A DNA stretch of 64,000 nucleotides from Candidatus Eiseniibacteriota bacterium (GCA_963702435.1 CAVPCR010000001.1:992001-1056000); one strand, 5' to 3'; counted from the stretch's first letter, positions 39,948 through 49,781 are shown. Translations and numbers: made by a program. Notes: generated from the sequence alone by a model not told the origin.

Positions 39948-40442
39948 ATGAAGAAGAAGTGCACCGCCATCCTGCCCGTCTTCCTGCTCGTCAGCCTCAC
40001 CACGACGGCGGCGGTTGCTCAGGATGACGTGGCGAAGTTGACCAGGGAAATCGAGGCGATCAACGCGGTTCTCGAGAAGGCAGCCCTGGCTGGCGACTAC
40101 GACACGATTCTCGCGCACCACGCGGAGGACGCGATCCTCTGTCCCGACACCCATGCTCCGATCAGGGGACGGGAGGCGATGCGCCAGGTCTATCGGAAAA
40201 GCGAGCAGGAGCAGGTGAAGCTGCACGCCTTCTCGACTACAATCGACACGCTCTGGACATGTGGCGACCGCATCTACCTGTGGGGAGCGTTTGGTCAATC
40301 GGCGAGTTCGCCGCGGTCGCCGAACCCTGTCGCCATTCACGGCTCCTACTTCGAGATCTGCAGGCGCCAGGCCGACGGCCGACATCTCATCGAATACCTG
40401 ATCTGGAACCTGGGCTTCAACCCGTTCGAGGGCGACAAGTGA
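39948..40442 (+). CDS. Exported NTF2-like (DUF4440/SnoaL) protein
   Basis: GGGAGG RBS, signal peptide, and pattern AGD...HAEDAILCP....IRGREA...RRQADG. Confidence 0.75.
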   Translation: MKKKCTAILPVFLLVSLTTTAAVAQDDVAKLTREIEAINAVLEKAALAGDYDTILAHHAEDAILCPDTHAPIRGREAMRQVYRKSEQEQVKLHAFSTTIDTLWTCGDRIYLWGAFGQSASSPRSPNPVAIHGSYFEICRRQADGRHLIEYLIWNLGFNPFEGDK

Positions 40443-40497
40443 GCGCCGGGCCAGACCGACCCGGGGTCTACTGAAAGCTGCGGCCCTCGGGCGCCGG

Positions 40498-41118
40498 CTA
40501 TTCGCCCGTTCGACCTGCGGCCGGCGCTGCTCCCGCCTTCGGCACCTCGGCCCACATGAAGCCGCGGAGGTCGCCCGGCGCGAACCCCACGGCCGCGTCT
40601 TCCGGATAGGTCGTGGCGAGGACCGGGCCGATCGCCGCATGCACGGTCTCCGCGGGACCGTGGCAGCTCATGCACAAGGGAGCGGTGCCGATCGGCCGGA
40701 GCACGCCGACGCGATCGCCGAGGTCGAAGACGCGCAGGCTCTCGGCCGCCGCCTTGGCGCCGGCCGCCTTCTCGACGGCGGGCCGGGCCCAGTCGCGCGG
40801 GGCGTTGGCCGGGTTCCGGAGGCGATGGCTCGTCCGCCCGATGGCGATGTCCTGCGTCGCCGCGATGCGCGCGGTGATGACCGCGGCCGAGTCCCGGCAG
40901 ACGCTGACGGCGGCGGTCGGCCCGCCGCGCTCGAGCTCGGTGCGGAGCCGGGAGAGAAGCGCCGCCTGCAGCGAATCCATGGCCGCCGTGGCGCGCGCCA
41001 CGGCGAGCTCGGTCTCCTCGCCCGGAGGCCTGGCCGGCGTTCCGGAACCGAGAGCGGCGGCGGCAACGAGAACGAGGAACAAGGTGGCGACGCGCGCGAG
41101 CGATCGGGCCATCATCAT
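40498..41118 (-). CDS. DUF3365 (Tll0287-like) monoheme c-type protein
   Basis: Signal peptide, AVSVC, RTSHRLRNPANAP, CMSCHG and YPEDAAVGFAPGDLRG. Confidence 0.85.
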   Translation of the reverse strand: MMMARSLARVATLFLVLVAAAALGSGTPARPPGEETELAVARATAAMDSLQAALLSRLRTELERGGPTAAVSVCRDSAAVITARIAATQDIAIGRTSHRLRNPANAPRDWARPAVEKAAGAKAAAESLRVFDLGDRVGVLRPIGTAPLCMSCHGPAETVHAAIGPVLATTYPEDAAVGFAPGDLRGFMWAEVPKAGAAPAAGRTGE

Positions 41119-41206
41119 CGATCCTCCCCTGGCTGGCGACATCAGTCTATCATCCTCCCGATCCCCGCTTCGACCCCCCGGCCCTTGACCCGAGGCGCTC
41201 ACGCCC

Positions 41207-43453
41207 ATGACCCGATGGCTCGCTCGCTACGCGCACTGGCTCCACCTGCGCTGGCCAGCCGGCACGGTCGAGCCGCTCCCCGCCGTGCGCGCAGACGGCT
41301 CGACCAACGTCCCCGGCGTGTACGTCGCCGGCGACCTGGCGGGAGTGCCGCTCCTCAAGTTCGCGCTCGACGGCGGAGCGCGCGTTGCGGCGCGCATCGC
41401 CGATGAGCTCGGCGCGTCGTCCGGAGCGGGGCGCGACCCCGAGCTCCTCGATCTCGCCATCGTGGGCGGCGGGGTCGCCGGCATGGCGGCCGCGATCGAG
41501 GCGAGGAGGCGCAGCCTCAGCTTCATGGTCCTCGAATCGAGCGAGGTCTTCTCGACGATCGCCAACTTCCCGCGGCGGAAACCGATCTACACCTATCCGC
41601 TCGCGATGGCGCCGGCCGGGAGCTTGCAGGTCGCGGCCACGGTCAAGGAGGACCTCCTCGTCGAGCTCAAGGCGCAGGCAGAGGCCGCGGGGATCGAACC
41701 GATCCCCGCGCGCGCCGAGCGCATCGCACGCGCCGGTGACGAGATCGTCGTGCATACGGCTGGGGGCGGCGTGGTGCGCGCCCGGCGCGTCCTCGTCGCC
41801 ATCGGGCGAAGCGGCGATCACCGGCGACTGGGCGTCCCCGGAGAGGACCTGGACCACGTCGCAAACCGGCTCCACGACCCGGCCGACTTCGCGGGCAGGA
41901 AGGTGCTCATCGTGGGCGGCGGCGACTCGGCGCTCGAGACCGCGGCCGCCCTGGCCGGGAGCGGCGCCGAGGTCACCCTCTCCTACCGGAAGCGCGAGCT
42001 CGCGCGCCCGAAACCCGAGAACGTCGCCGCGCTCGAGACCCTCCGGCGCTCGCCGGCGGCGCCGGGACACATCGATCTCCGGCTCGGCACCGAGATCAAG
42101 GAGATCCGCCCCGGGACGGCGACCCTCGCCGCGAACGGCACGACGGTGGAGATCCCGGCCGACGCCGTCTTCACCATGATCGGCCGCGCCGCGCCGCTCG
42201 ACTTCTTCCGCCGCTCGGGGATCGCGATCGCCGGCGAGCGCGGCCTCGGCTTCTGGGCCGGCCTCGCGTCCTTCATCCTCTTCGCGCTCTGGCTCTACAA
42301 CTGGAAGTCGGGCGGCAGCATGGCCGCGCTCTTCGCGCGGCACGCGTGGTTCCCGTTCAACCTGCCGGCGCTCCTCGCCGCTCTGGGCGGCGGAATCGCC
42401 GCGGCCGCCGCCGATCCGCGCACGCTCCTCGGCACACTCGCGATCAGCGCGGCCGGCCCCGCCTTCTGGTACACGGTCGCCTACAGCCTCCTCGTCGGCG
42501 TCTTCGGCTTCCGCCGCATCCGGCGCCGCCGCACGCCGTACGTCACCGCGCAGACGGCGACCCTCGCGGCGATCCAGGTGGGCCCTCTCTTCCTCCTGCC
42601 CGAGGTCCTCCTGCCCCTTCTCCATCACAACGGCTGGCTTCCCGCGGGCCTCGCCGACGCGCTCTTCCCCGCCGTCACCTACGGGCACGGCCGCGAGTTC
42701 TGGCGCGCGTACGGGTTCGTTCTCGCCTGGCCGCTCAACGTGTACAACGTGTTCACGCCGGCGCCGCTCCCCTGGTGGCTCGCGATCGCCGCGCTGCAAA
42801 CGCTCGTCCTGATCCCGCTCGGCATCTACTTCTACGGCAAGGGCATCTACTGCGGGTGGATCTGCTCGTGCGGGGCGCTGGCCGAGACCCTCGGCGACAC
42901 GGAGCGGCACAAGATGCCGCACGGCCCGCGCTGGAACCGCCTCAACATGGCAGGCCAGGCGATCCTCGCCGCCGCCGTCGTCCTCCTCTTCGTGCGCATC
43001 ACGGGCTGGATGCTCCCCGCCGGGAACGGCTTCGCGCGCGCGATGGAGACGTTCCTCCATCACTACAAGTGGACGGTGGACGTGTTCCTGGCCGGGGTGA
43101 TCGGCTACGGCGTGTACTTCTGGTTCTCGGGTCGCGTCTGGTGCCGCTTCCTCTGCCCGCTCGCCGCGCTCATGCACATCTACGCGCGATGGAGCCGCTT
43201 CCGCATTCTCGCCGACAAGAAGAAGTGCATCTCCTGCAACGTGTGCACGACCGTTTGCCACCAGGGGATCGATGTCATGAGCTTCGCGAACAGGGGACTC
43301 GCGATGGCCGATCCCGAGTGCGTGCGCTGCTCGGCATGCGTCCAGGGCTGCCCGACCGGGGTGCTCACCTTCGGGCAGGTGGATGGACGCGGGGTGCCGA
43401 TCCGCTTCGACCGGCTCCCGGCCTCACCGGTTGCCGCGCGCGAGGGGCGCTGA
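41207..43453 (+). CDS. FAD/NAD(P)-dependent oxidoreductase (TrxR/YpdA-like) fused to a NapH/NosR-type membrane polyferredoxin
   Basis: FAD and NAD(P) motifs IVGGGVAG and VGGGDSALE, followed by TM helices. CGWICSCG, CRFLCP and two CxxCxxCxxxC clusters in the C-terminal half. Confidence 0.85.
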   Translation: MTRWLARYAHWLHLRWPAGTVEPLPAVRADGSTNVPGVYVAGDLAGVPLLKFALDGGARVAARIADELGASSGAGRDPELLDLAIVGGGVAGMAAAIEARRRSLSFMVLESSEVFSTIANFPRRKPIYTYPLAMAPAGSLQVAATVKEDLLVELKAQAEAAGIEPIPARAERIARAGDEIVVHTAGGGVVRARRVLVAIGRSGDHRRLGVPGEDLDHVANRLHDPADFAGRKVLIVGGGDSALETAAALAGSGAEVTLSYRKRELARPKPENVAALETLRRSPAAPGHIDLRLGTEIKEIRPGTATLAANGTTVEIPADAVFTMIGRAAPLDFFRRSGIAIAGERGLGFWAGLASFILFALWLYNWKSGGSMAALFARHAWFPFNLPALLAALGGGIAAAAADPRTLLGTLAISAAGPAFWYTVAYSLLVGVFGFRRIRRRRTPYVTAQTATLAAIQVGPLFLLPEVLLPLLHHNGWLPAGLADALFPAVTYGHGREFWRAYGFVLAWPLNVYNVFTPAPLPWWLAIAALQTLVLIPLGIYFYGKGIYCGWICSCGALAETLGDTERHKMPHGPRWNRLNMAGQAILAAAVVLLFVRITGWMLPAGNGFARAMETFLHHYKWTVDVFLAGVIGYGVYFWFSGRVWCRFLCPLAALMHIYARWSRFRILADKKKCISCNVCTTVCHQGIDVMSFANRGLAMADPECVRCSACVQGCPTGVLTFGQVDGRGVPIRFDRLPASPVAAREGR

Positions 43454-43467
43454 CCGGAAGGCGCCGC

Positions 43468-44682
43468 CTACTTGACGAGCACTGCCTTCTGCGAGCTCTG
43501 CTCGCCCGCGCTCCGGACCACGATCGTGTAGAGGCCCGCCGCCTGGGGCGCGCCGTCAGCGTTCCGCCCGTCCCAGGCGAAGGCGACGGCGCCCGGTCCC
43601 GCGACCCCCGACCACAGGGAGCGCACCTTCCGCCCCTGCACATCCACGACATCCACGGCGAGGGGCGCCGCGGCGCGCAGATCCACCTCGATCCGGAGGA
43701 GCGGATTGAACGGGTTCGGCGCGAGGTCGAGCCCGCCGATCAGCGGCCCGCCGGCCGGCACTGGGGTCGGATCGAGCGCGATCCCGGCGCGGAAGAAGCT
43801 CGTGCCGGTGGAAAGCGCCGCCGGGATCTCGAAGAGCTCGGCGATGGTGGGGACGAGATCGATCTGCCGCCAGGTGCCCTCGAGCACGCTCCCGGGCACG
43901 AAGTCGGGACCCACGGCGAGGAAACCGATGCGCCGGCAACCTTCGCAATCATCGCCATGCGCCGGCCACGCGTCGCCGAGGTGCCGTCCGTGATCGCTCG
44001 TCACGAACATGGTCGTCTTGCCCGCGTAGTGCGGATTCGACTCGATCCACGTCCAGAGATCCCTGGTCAGCGAGTCGGCGAGCGCGATGCCGGCGGTGTA
44101 GGTCTGCCAGTTGCCGGAGTGCCCGTCGTAGTCGGTCTGGGTGAGACAGAGCATGCTGATCCTCGGCTCGAAGACGGCGAGCCGGGCGATGTAGTCGGCG
44201 TAGGTATAGGGATCGGGCCGCGTCATGCTGTAAGCGCAGGCCTGGTAGGGAACGCCGTAGAGCGGATGGGTGCTGTGGTTCAGCGAATGCAGCTTGTACT
44301 TGCCGGCCACGATCCAGTGCTCCGTGACCGGGGTTCCGGTCGCGGCGCGGAAGTACTCGAACATTGTGGGCATGGTCGGCCGGACGAGGCCGTTGTCGGG
44401 CAGCTCCTGCCAGGTTCCGGTGACGAGGGCGGCATGTCCGGCCACCGTTTCCGTTCGTCCTTCATTCCGGAACTCCGGGATCCGCATGCCGATCGGGACC
44501 AGCTCGTTCCACATGTGTGGAATGTACCGGTGGGTCGGATCCTCGAAGGACTCGCTCAGGCGCACGCCGTCGATCACGACGATGACGACGTTCTCGGTGC
44601 GGTAGGCAACGGCCGGGACGGAGCCGGCCGCGAGGAAGCAGGCGGCGAACGCGAGAAGGCACCGGTGCGCGCGGTTGCTCAT
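43468..44682 (-). CDS. Alkaline-phosphatase-superfamily metalloenzyme with FlgD-Ig-like C-terminal domain
   Basis: Motifs VVIDGVR, TVAGHAAL.TG, D.DGH and VTSDHGRH, with a PNPFNP/WDGRN tail. Confidence 0.82.
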   Translation of the reverse strand: MSNRAHRCLLAFAACFLAAGSVPAVAYRTENVVIVVIDGVRLSESFEDPTHRYIPHMWNELVPIGMRIPEFRNEGRTETVAGHAALVTGTWQELPDNGLVRPTMPTMFEYFRAATGTPVTEHWIVAGKYKLHSLNHSTHPLYGVPYQACAYSMTRPDPYTYADYIARLAVFEPRISMLCLTQTDYDGHSGNWQTYTAGIALADSLTRDLWTWIESNPHYAGKTTMFVTSDHGRHLGDAWPAHGDDCEGCRRIGFLAVGPDFVPGSVLEGTWRQIDLVPTIAELFEIPAALSTGTSFFRAGIALDPTPVPAGGPLIGGLDLAPNPFNPLLRIEVDLRAAAPLAVDVVDVQGRKVRSLWSGVAGPGAVAFAWDGRNADGAPQAAGLYTIVVRSAGEQSSQKAVLVK

Positions 44683-44774
44683 GTGGCTGCACCCCAGGTT
44701 GTCCCGCGGCCCGCTGTCCGGCCGCGGCGCCCGGCGGTGGAATCCGCCGGACGCCGCGGTCTCATCGGTCTCGA

Positions 44775-45347
44775 CTAGTCGAAGAGGGACTTGATGAGTC
44801 CCCAGGTGCTCTCGACGATCGGCGACCCCTGCTCGGGGATCGCCGTCGGCTGGTTAACGACGACCTGGAACGAGCGGCGGACCTCGCCGTGGGTCGGCCC
44901 GCCGTTCCCCGTGTTCCCGTACCAGGCCGCGTTCCAGGTGTAGGTGCCGGGCTGGGCCGGGGCGGCGCCGTGCAGGACGACCGGGAAGACCACCGGGTTC
45001 GGCTGCATGTCGTCGCCGGTCCCGGTCGGGCCAGCCTTCCGATCGATCTCGACGTTGCTCTCATTATACAGCAACGCCCGGATCCACCCGACGGCGCCCT
45101 GGCTGATGAGAGTGACCGTGACCTGTTCGCCGGGGGCGTACGACGGGCGGTCGGTGGCCACGCTCAGAATGCCCCGGTGCTCATGGCAGCCGGCGCAGGT
45201 CGGGTTGTCGTCGCTGTGGCACGAGGCGCAGCGGCTGGCGAAGAAGCTCGGCTCTGACTGGGCGCCCTGCGGCGCCCAGGTGTTGACGACGAATCCCGCC
45301 GCCAGGGCGGCGAGGATGACGATGGCCATTCTCCAATGTGCGCGCAC
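44775..45347 (-). CDS. Small diheme c-type cytochrome with Reeler/Ig-like domain and C-terminal TWGxxK motif
   Basis: Signal peptide, then CASCH-x6-CAGCH and a beta-rich domain (YAPGEQVTVTL...APAQPGTY). Ends with IVESTWGLIKSLFD. Start placed at GTG 45347 after GGAGGG. Confidence 0.75.
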   Translation of the reverse strand: MRAHWRMAIVILAALAAGFVVNTWAPQGAQSEPSFFASRCASCHSDDNPTCAGCHEHRGILSVATDRPSYAPGEQVTVTLISQGAVGWIRALLYNESNVEIDRKAGPTGTGDDMQPNPVVFPVVLHGAAPAQPGTYTWNAAWYGNTGNGGPTHGEVRRSFQVVVNQPTAIPEQGSPIVESTWGLIKSLFD

Positions 45348-45494
45348 GATGAACCCTCCCTGGCTCGGGGCGGGCAGGCGCGACGGGATCGAAGGGAGCT
45401 TCGATTCCGCCGGCACGGCCCCCCCAGAGGCCAATCCACGAGCCGACGGCCAGTGTTGTCCGGACCCGGCCAGGCAGGCCGTGCTCAAAGCTGG

Positions 45495-45510
45495 AGCAAG
45501 AATGCGACCA
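45495..45510 (-). promoter_or_regulatory. Putative sigma-54 promoter
   Basis: Minus strand reads TGGTCGC-ATTC-TTGCT with GG-N10-GC spacing, about 150 nt upstream of the diheme cytochrome gene. Confidence 0.5.
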
Positions 45511-45883
45511 AGGAGGAGGGATCTCTCAACTTGTAGATGGACGATGCGATAGCCGCCTGTCCCGGTGTCCAGCGCGGGCCTGGCCGAAACGGACCCCGGC
45601 GCTTGTGTCAGGTCCTCATCGCCGGGCCGACAAGTTGTCGCCCGGCGGCGGAAGTCCGGGTCATCTCGCCCGGCCCACTGGGGAGGCAAGCGCAGCGCCC
45701 GGACCGGGCGGCAGCCCTGAGGGCGATCCTCGCGGGATCGCCCGGTCTCGGGCCGCCGCCCGAGTCGCGTTCCGCGTCCGCCGCCCCGGCGGCTCGGCTA
45801 GAATGAGCGGCGCAGGCGGCTGGCCGCGATGGTCCCGCTCGCCCGTCCACGATGCCCGGGGACAATCCCCGCCCGGAGGCACG

Positions 45884-46678
45884 ATGCCCGAAGCGGACGA
45901 AAGCAAGATCGCCGTTCTCATCGACTTCGAGAACATCGCGATGGGCGCGAAGCGCGCCCAGTACAAGGAATTCGACGTTCATCTCATCCTGCGCCGACTG
46001 CTCGACAAGGGAAAGATCGTGGTCAAGCGCGCCTATGCCGACTGGGAGCGCTACAGCGACTACAAGCGCGTGTTCCACGAGGCCGCCATCGAGCTCATCG
46101 ACATCCCGCAGAAACACTACAGCGGCAAGAACTCGGCGGACATCAAGCTCGTCGTCGACGCCATCGACCTCTGCTACGCCAAGGAGCATATCGACACCTT
46201 CGTCATCGCTTCGGGTGACAGCGACTTCTCGCCCCTCGTATCCAAGCTCAAGGAGAACGACAAGAACGTGATCGGCGTCGGGGTCAAGAACTCGACCTCC
46301 GACCTCCTCATCGACAACTGCGACGAGTTCATCTTCTACGAGGATCTGGTGCGCCCGCCGCAGGCGCCGTCTCACGCGATCAAGTCGAGCCTGCCCAAGA
46401 AGAAGCAGCAGGCCTTTGCGCTCCTCCTCGAGGCCATCGTCTCGCTCAAGCGCGAGAACAAGGACATCTTGTGGGCCTCGATGATCAAGGAGACGATCAA
46501 GCGCAAGCGTCCGCAGTTCGACGAGGGCTACTACGACTACATGACCTTCTCCGAGCTCCTCGAGGACGCCGAGACCCACAAGATCGTCGAGCTCGCGAAG
46601 GACCAGAAGAGCGGCTCCTACATCGTGACCGCCTTCGCCCGCCCGCGAGCGGCGGCGGCGCGCACCGAGAAGGAGTGA
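45884..46678 (+). CDS. NYN-domain (LabA/DUF88) ribonuclease-like protein with OST-HTH/LOTUS domain
   Basis: Motifs IDFEN, KRAYADW, GKNSADI..VVDA and SGDSDFSPL, with a C-terminal FDEGYY.Y.TFSELLE. Confidence 0.9.
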   Translation: MPEADESKIAVLIDFENIAMGAKRAQYKEFDVHLILRRLLDKGKIVVKRAYADWERYSDYKRVFHEAAIELIDIPQKHYSGKNSADIKLVVDAIDLCYAKEHIDTFVIASGDSDFSPLVSKLKENDKNVIGVGVKNSTSDLLIDNCDEFIFYEDLVRPPQAPSHAIKSSLPKKKQQAFALLLEAIVSLKRENKDILWASMIKETIKRKRPQFDEGYYDYMTFSELLEDAETHKIVELAKDQKSGSYIVTAFARPRAAAARTEKE

Positions 46679-47268
46679 GCGGCCCGCCGGCCCCCACCCC
46701 CGAGCCGCCGCCCGATCTGGACGTGCGCCGGCTCGACGCGGCCCGGGAGCGCGACTTCTGGGCGGTGCATTCCAGCGAGCACGGGTGCGGCTGGTGCGCC
46801 TGCGCCGCCTGGTGGGTGCCGACGTGGGACGGCTTCGGCGAGCGCACCGCCGAGGAGAACCGGGGGCTCCGCCGCGAGCTCTTCCAGCGCGGCGAGTTCG
46901 ACGGTTACATGGCCTACGAGCACGGTGAGCCGATCGGATGGTGCCAGGTCGGACTGCGCGATCGGCTCGTGAAGCTCGTCCAGCAGTACCCGCTCCCACC
47001 CGACCCCGCGTGCTTCGCGATCACCTGCTTTCTCGTCGTCCCGCATGCGCGCCGGCGCGGAGTCGCGCGAGCCCTCCTCTCTGCAGTGCTCGCCGATCTC
47101 CGGGCGCGCGGCGTTGCGCGCGTCGAAGCGTACCCGCGCGCCGAGGCGACGGCGGATCCGCTCGAGCTGTGGACCGGCCCGCTCGGCCTCTACGAGGAAG
47201 CCGGCTTCTGCGCTCGCGATCCGGCCGCTGCCCGCCCCGTCCTCGCGCTCGATCTCGCGCCCCGCTGA
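46675..47268 (+). CDS. GNAT acetyltransferase
   Basis: GTGA overlap with the upstream stop. Motifs C.CA.W, IGWCQVG, ITCFLV.PHARRRGVA and VEAYP. Confidence 0.82.
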   Translation: MSGPPAPTPEPPPDLDVRRLDAARERDFWAVHSSEHGCGWCACAAWWVPTWDGFGERTAEENRGLRRELFQRGEFDGYMAYEHGEPIGWCQVGLRDRLVKLVQQYPLPPDPACFAITCFLVVPHARRRGVARALLSAVLADLRARGVARVEAYPRAEATADPLELWTGPLGLYEEAGFCARDPAAARPVLALDLAPR

Positions 47269-47331
47269 CCGCGGCCGGTGCTACTATCCGCGCGCTTCCG
47301 GCCGCTTACCATTTGGACAGGGAGGTCCACC

Positions 47332-49107
47332 ATGCGCTCCACCCCACGGGGCCTCGTCCCCGTTCTGTCTCTCGCTTTCGTCCTCGTCGCAACCGCCCGC
47401 CCTGCGCCCGTCCTCGCTGCCAGCGTCCTCGCCACCGCGGACGCCGGCGCCCCGGCACCGGGCGAGGTTCGATCCTCCGCAACAATCGCCGCTCCTTCCC
47501 CGCCCGAGAACCTCGTCCCGCCGCCCATCATGCCGGGGTGGCCCCAGTTCATGGCCACCGTTCCGCTCTACTCGCCGACCGGCGTCACGCTCGCCGACGT
47601 GGATGGGAACGGCGATCTCGAGGTGCTCGCCGGGTCGACCGACGGGCTCTTCCGCGTCTGGAACCACGACGGCACGCTGTATCCGGGCTGGCCGATCGCG
47701 GTCGGCGGCCAGGTGCAGTCGAAGGCCGCGGCCGCCGATCTCGACAATGACGGGAATCTCGAGATCCTCGTCGCGGTCAAGAGCGGCCAGCTCCAGATCT
47801 ACCATCACGACGGGACGCCGCTTTCGGGATGGCCCCGCCCCTGGGGCCAGACGCTCGGCTTTCTCTCGCCGACCGTGTACGACCTGGATGGCGACGGCCG
47901 GCCCGAGGTCCTGATGGGGGGCGGCGGCTCGGTCTACGCCTGGCGCGCCGATGGGACGGCGGTCCCCGGCTTCCCGCGGGTCGTGGGCGGGCTCATCTCG
48001 GGGACGCTCGCCGTGGGCGACGTCGCCGGCGACGCGCGGCCCGAGATCTTCGCGACCGCGATCAACCCCGGCAACCTGCACGGACTTGCCGCCGACGGCA
48101 CCGTGCTCCCCGGCTGGCCCAAGGCGACCGGCCTCTCGAGCTCGTACGCCGCGCCCTCGATCGGCGATCTCGACGGCGACGGCACGCGCGAGGTGCTCGT
48201 GGTCGGCTACAGCTTCGGCAACTTCACGCGCATCCTCGCCTATCGCGGCGACGGGAGTGACTTCCCGAACTTCCCGCTCACCTACCCGAGCGTGCAGACC
48301 TACTCCTGTCCCGTGATCGGCGATGTGGACGGCGATGGCGATCTCGAGCTGTTCAACGCCGGCAAGGTGAATGCCGCTCCGAACTACTACGGATGGAATC
48401 ACCTGGGCCAGGTGCTCCCGGGATGGCCGCGGACGCTCAACGATCTCGAGGGCTCGTCGCTCATCGCCAACCTGGACCTCGAGCCCCAGATGGAGATCGT
48501 GATCGGCGACAACTTCACTCCGGGGTTCTTCCACGGATACAACGTCGACGGCACGACGGCGCCCGACTTCCCGCTCCCGAAGCTCGCGGCGAGCCTCCCC
48601 AACGCGCCGTCGGTCGGCGACGTGGACCTGGACGGGGATCTCGATCTCGCGATGACCGGCTCGAACGGTGCCGTGGCGCTCTGGGACTTCGCGGTGCCAT
48701 ACGATCCGAATACCATCGAGTGGGGCACGTTCTTCCATGACAACTGGCACACGAACCAGCATGGGTTCGTGGTGCCGGGCGGGACGACCGGGATCGCCGG
48801 CGAGATCGCGGCGCCGGGCGCGGTCGTCCGCCTCGGCCTCCCCTTCCCGAACCCGGCGCTCGCCGGCGCCACGATCCCCTTCCTGCTCGCGGGCGAGCGG
48901 GAGGCCCGGCTCACGGTCTACGACGTGAACGGCCACCGGGTGCGCACGCTCGCCGAGCGGAGCTTCGCCGCCGGCCGGCACGCAGTCGTGTGGGACGGGC
49001 GGAATGAATCGGGACGCGCGGTCGCGAGCGGCGTCTACTGGGTGCGGCTCGAGGTGCCGGCGGCAGCCGCGAGCGCTGAGCAGAAAGTGACGATCACCAG
49101 CGAATAG
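47332..49107 (+). CDS. Secreted FG-GAP-repeat beta-propeller protein with FlgD-Ig-like C-terminal domain
   Basis: GGAGGT RBS, signal peptide, about 7-8 D.DGDG..E / PGWP repeats, and a PNP...WDGRN..G..VASGVY tail. Confidence 0.88.
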   Translation: MRSTPRGLVPVLSLAFVLVATARPAPVLAASVLATADAGAPAPGEVRSSATIAAPSPPENLVPPPIMPGWPQFMATVPLYSPTGVTLADVDGNGDLEVLAGSTDGLFRVWNHDGTLYPGWPIAVGGQVQSKAAAADLDNDGNLEILVAVKSGQLQIYHHDGTPLSGWPRPWGQTLGFLSPTVYDLDGDGRPEVLMGGGGSVYAWRADGTAVPGFPRVVGGLISGTLAVGDVAGDARPEIFATAINPGNLHGLAADGTVLPGWPKATGLSSSYAAPSIGDLDGDGTREVLVVGYSFGNFTRILAYRGDGSDFPNFPLTYPSVQTYSCPVIGDVDGDGDLELFNAGKVNAAPNYYGWNHLGQVLPGWPRTLNDLEGSSLIANLDLEPQMEIVIGDNFTPGFFHGYNVDGTTAPDFPLPKLAASLPNAPSVGDVDLDGDLDLAMTGSNGAVALWDFAVPYDPNTIEWGTFFHDNWHTNQHGFVVPGGTTGIAGEIAAPGAVVRLGLPFPNPALAGATIPFLLAGEREARLTVYDVNGHRVRTLAERSFAAGRHAVVWDGRNESGRAVASGVYWVRLEVPAAAASAEQKVTITSE

Positions 49108-49130
49108 CTGCGTGATGACGGACGGCAAGG

Positions 49131-49160
49131 GGCCCCGGCGGGGGGATTGCCGCCGGGGCC
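49131..49160. terminator. Hairpin between convergent genes
   Basis: ggccccggcgg...ccgccggggcc forms an 11-bp stem. No U-tract. Confidence 0.5.
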
Positions 49161-49198
49161 TCGCTCGCATCTCCGTGTCGTGCCGCCGGTCGTGTCGG

Positions 49199-49569
49199 TC
49201 ACCTCAGGAGCGACATCTTCCGCCTTTCCTCCTGCGATCCGGCGGTGAGCCGGTAGAAGTAGACGCCCGCCGGTGCCGCCGTGCCCCCGACCTGGCGGCC
49301 ATCCCAGCGGATGCGATGCGGCCCGGCGGCGAGCGGGCGTCGACGAGTGTCGCCACGCAACGCCCGGCCACGTCGTAGATGCGGAGCGTGACGCGACCCG
49401 CGGTCGCCAGCTCGAACGGGATCACGGTCGCCGGGGCGAACGGGTTCGGCGCGTTCGGCCCCAGGCGCAGGCGGGTGACCGCCGCGGCGGCCGGTTGCCC
49501 GCCGACTCCCGCCTGGCCGCTCGTCACCACCCATGCGTCATGCACCGGCACGGGACCGGGCCAGCCCAC
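49199..49569 (-). pseudogene. Orphan FlgD-Ig-like C-terminal domain remnant (frameshift near 49337)
   Basis: PNAPNPFAPATVIPFEL...IYDVAGRCVATLVD in one frame continues as LAAGPHRIRWDGR...GVYFYRL...RKMSLLR in another. There is an in-frame stop just upstream and no signal peptide or passenger domain. Confidence 0.75.
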
Positions 49570-49781
49570 GCCGCATGACGGGAGTTAACACGATCATTGT
49601 AGATTCCCGCCGACTGGGCGGTGCGTGGCGGCGCCGGCCGGCACGGATCAAGCGCGTACGCGCGCGATCGCGTCACGATCGGCGGCCGGGAGCCCCCACC
49701 CGGGAGTCGATCCGCACGCCCTGTCCGGCGCCCTCGCCGCCGCCGGGGACCGCGTTACCGGCTTGATCGCCGGCATCGCGT

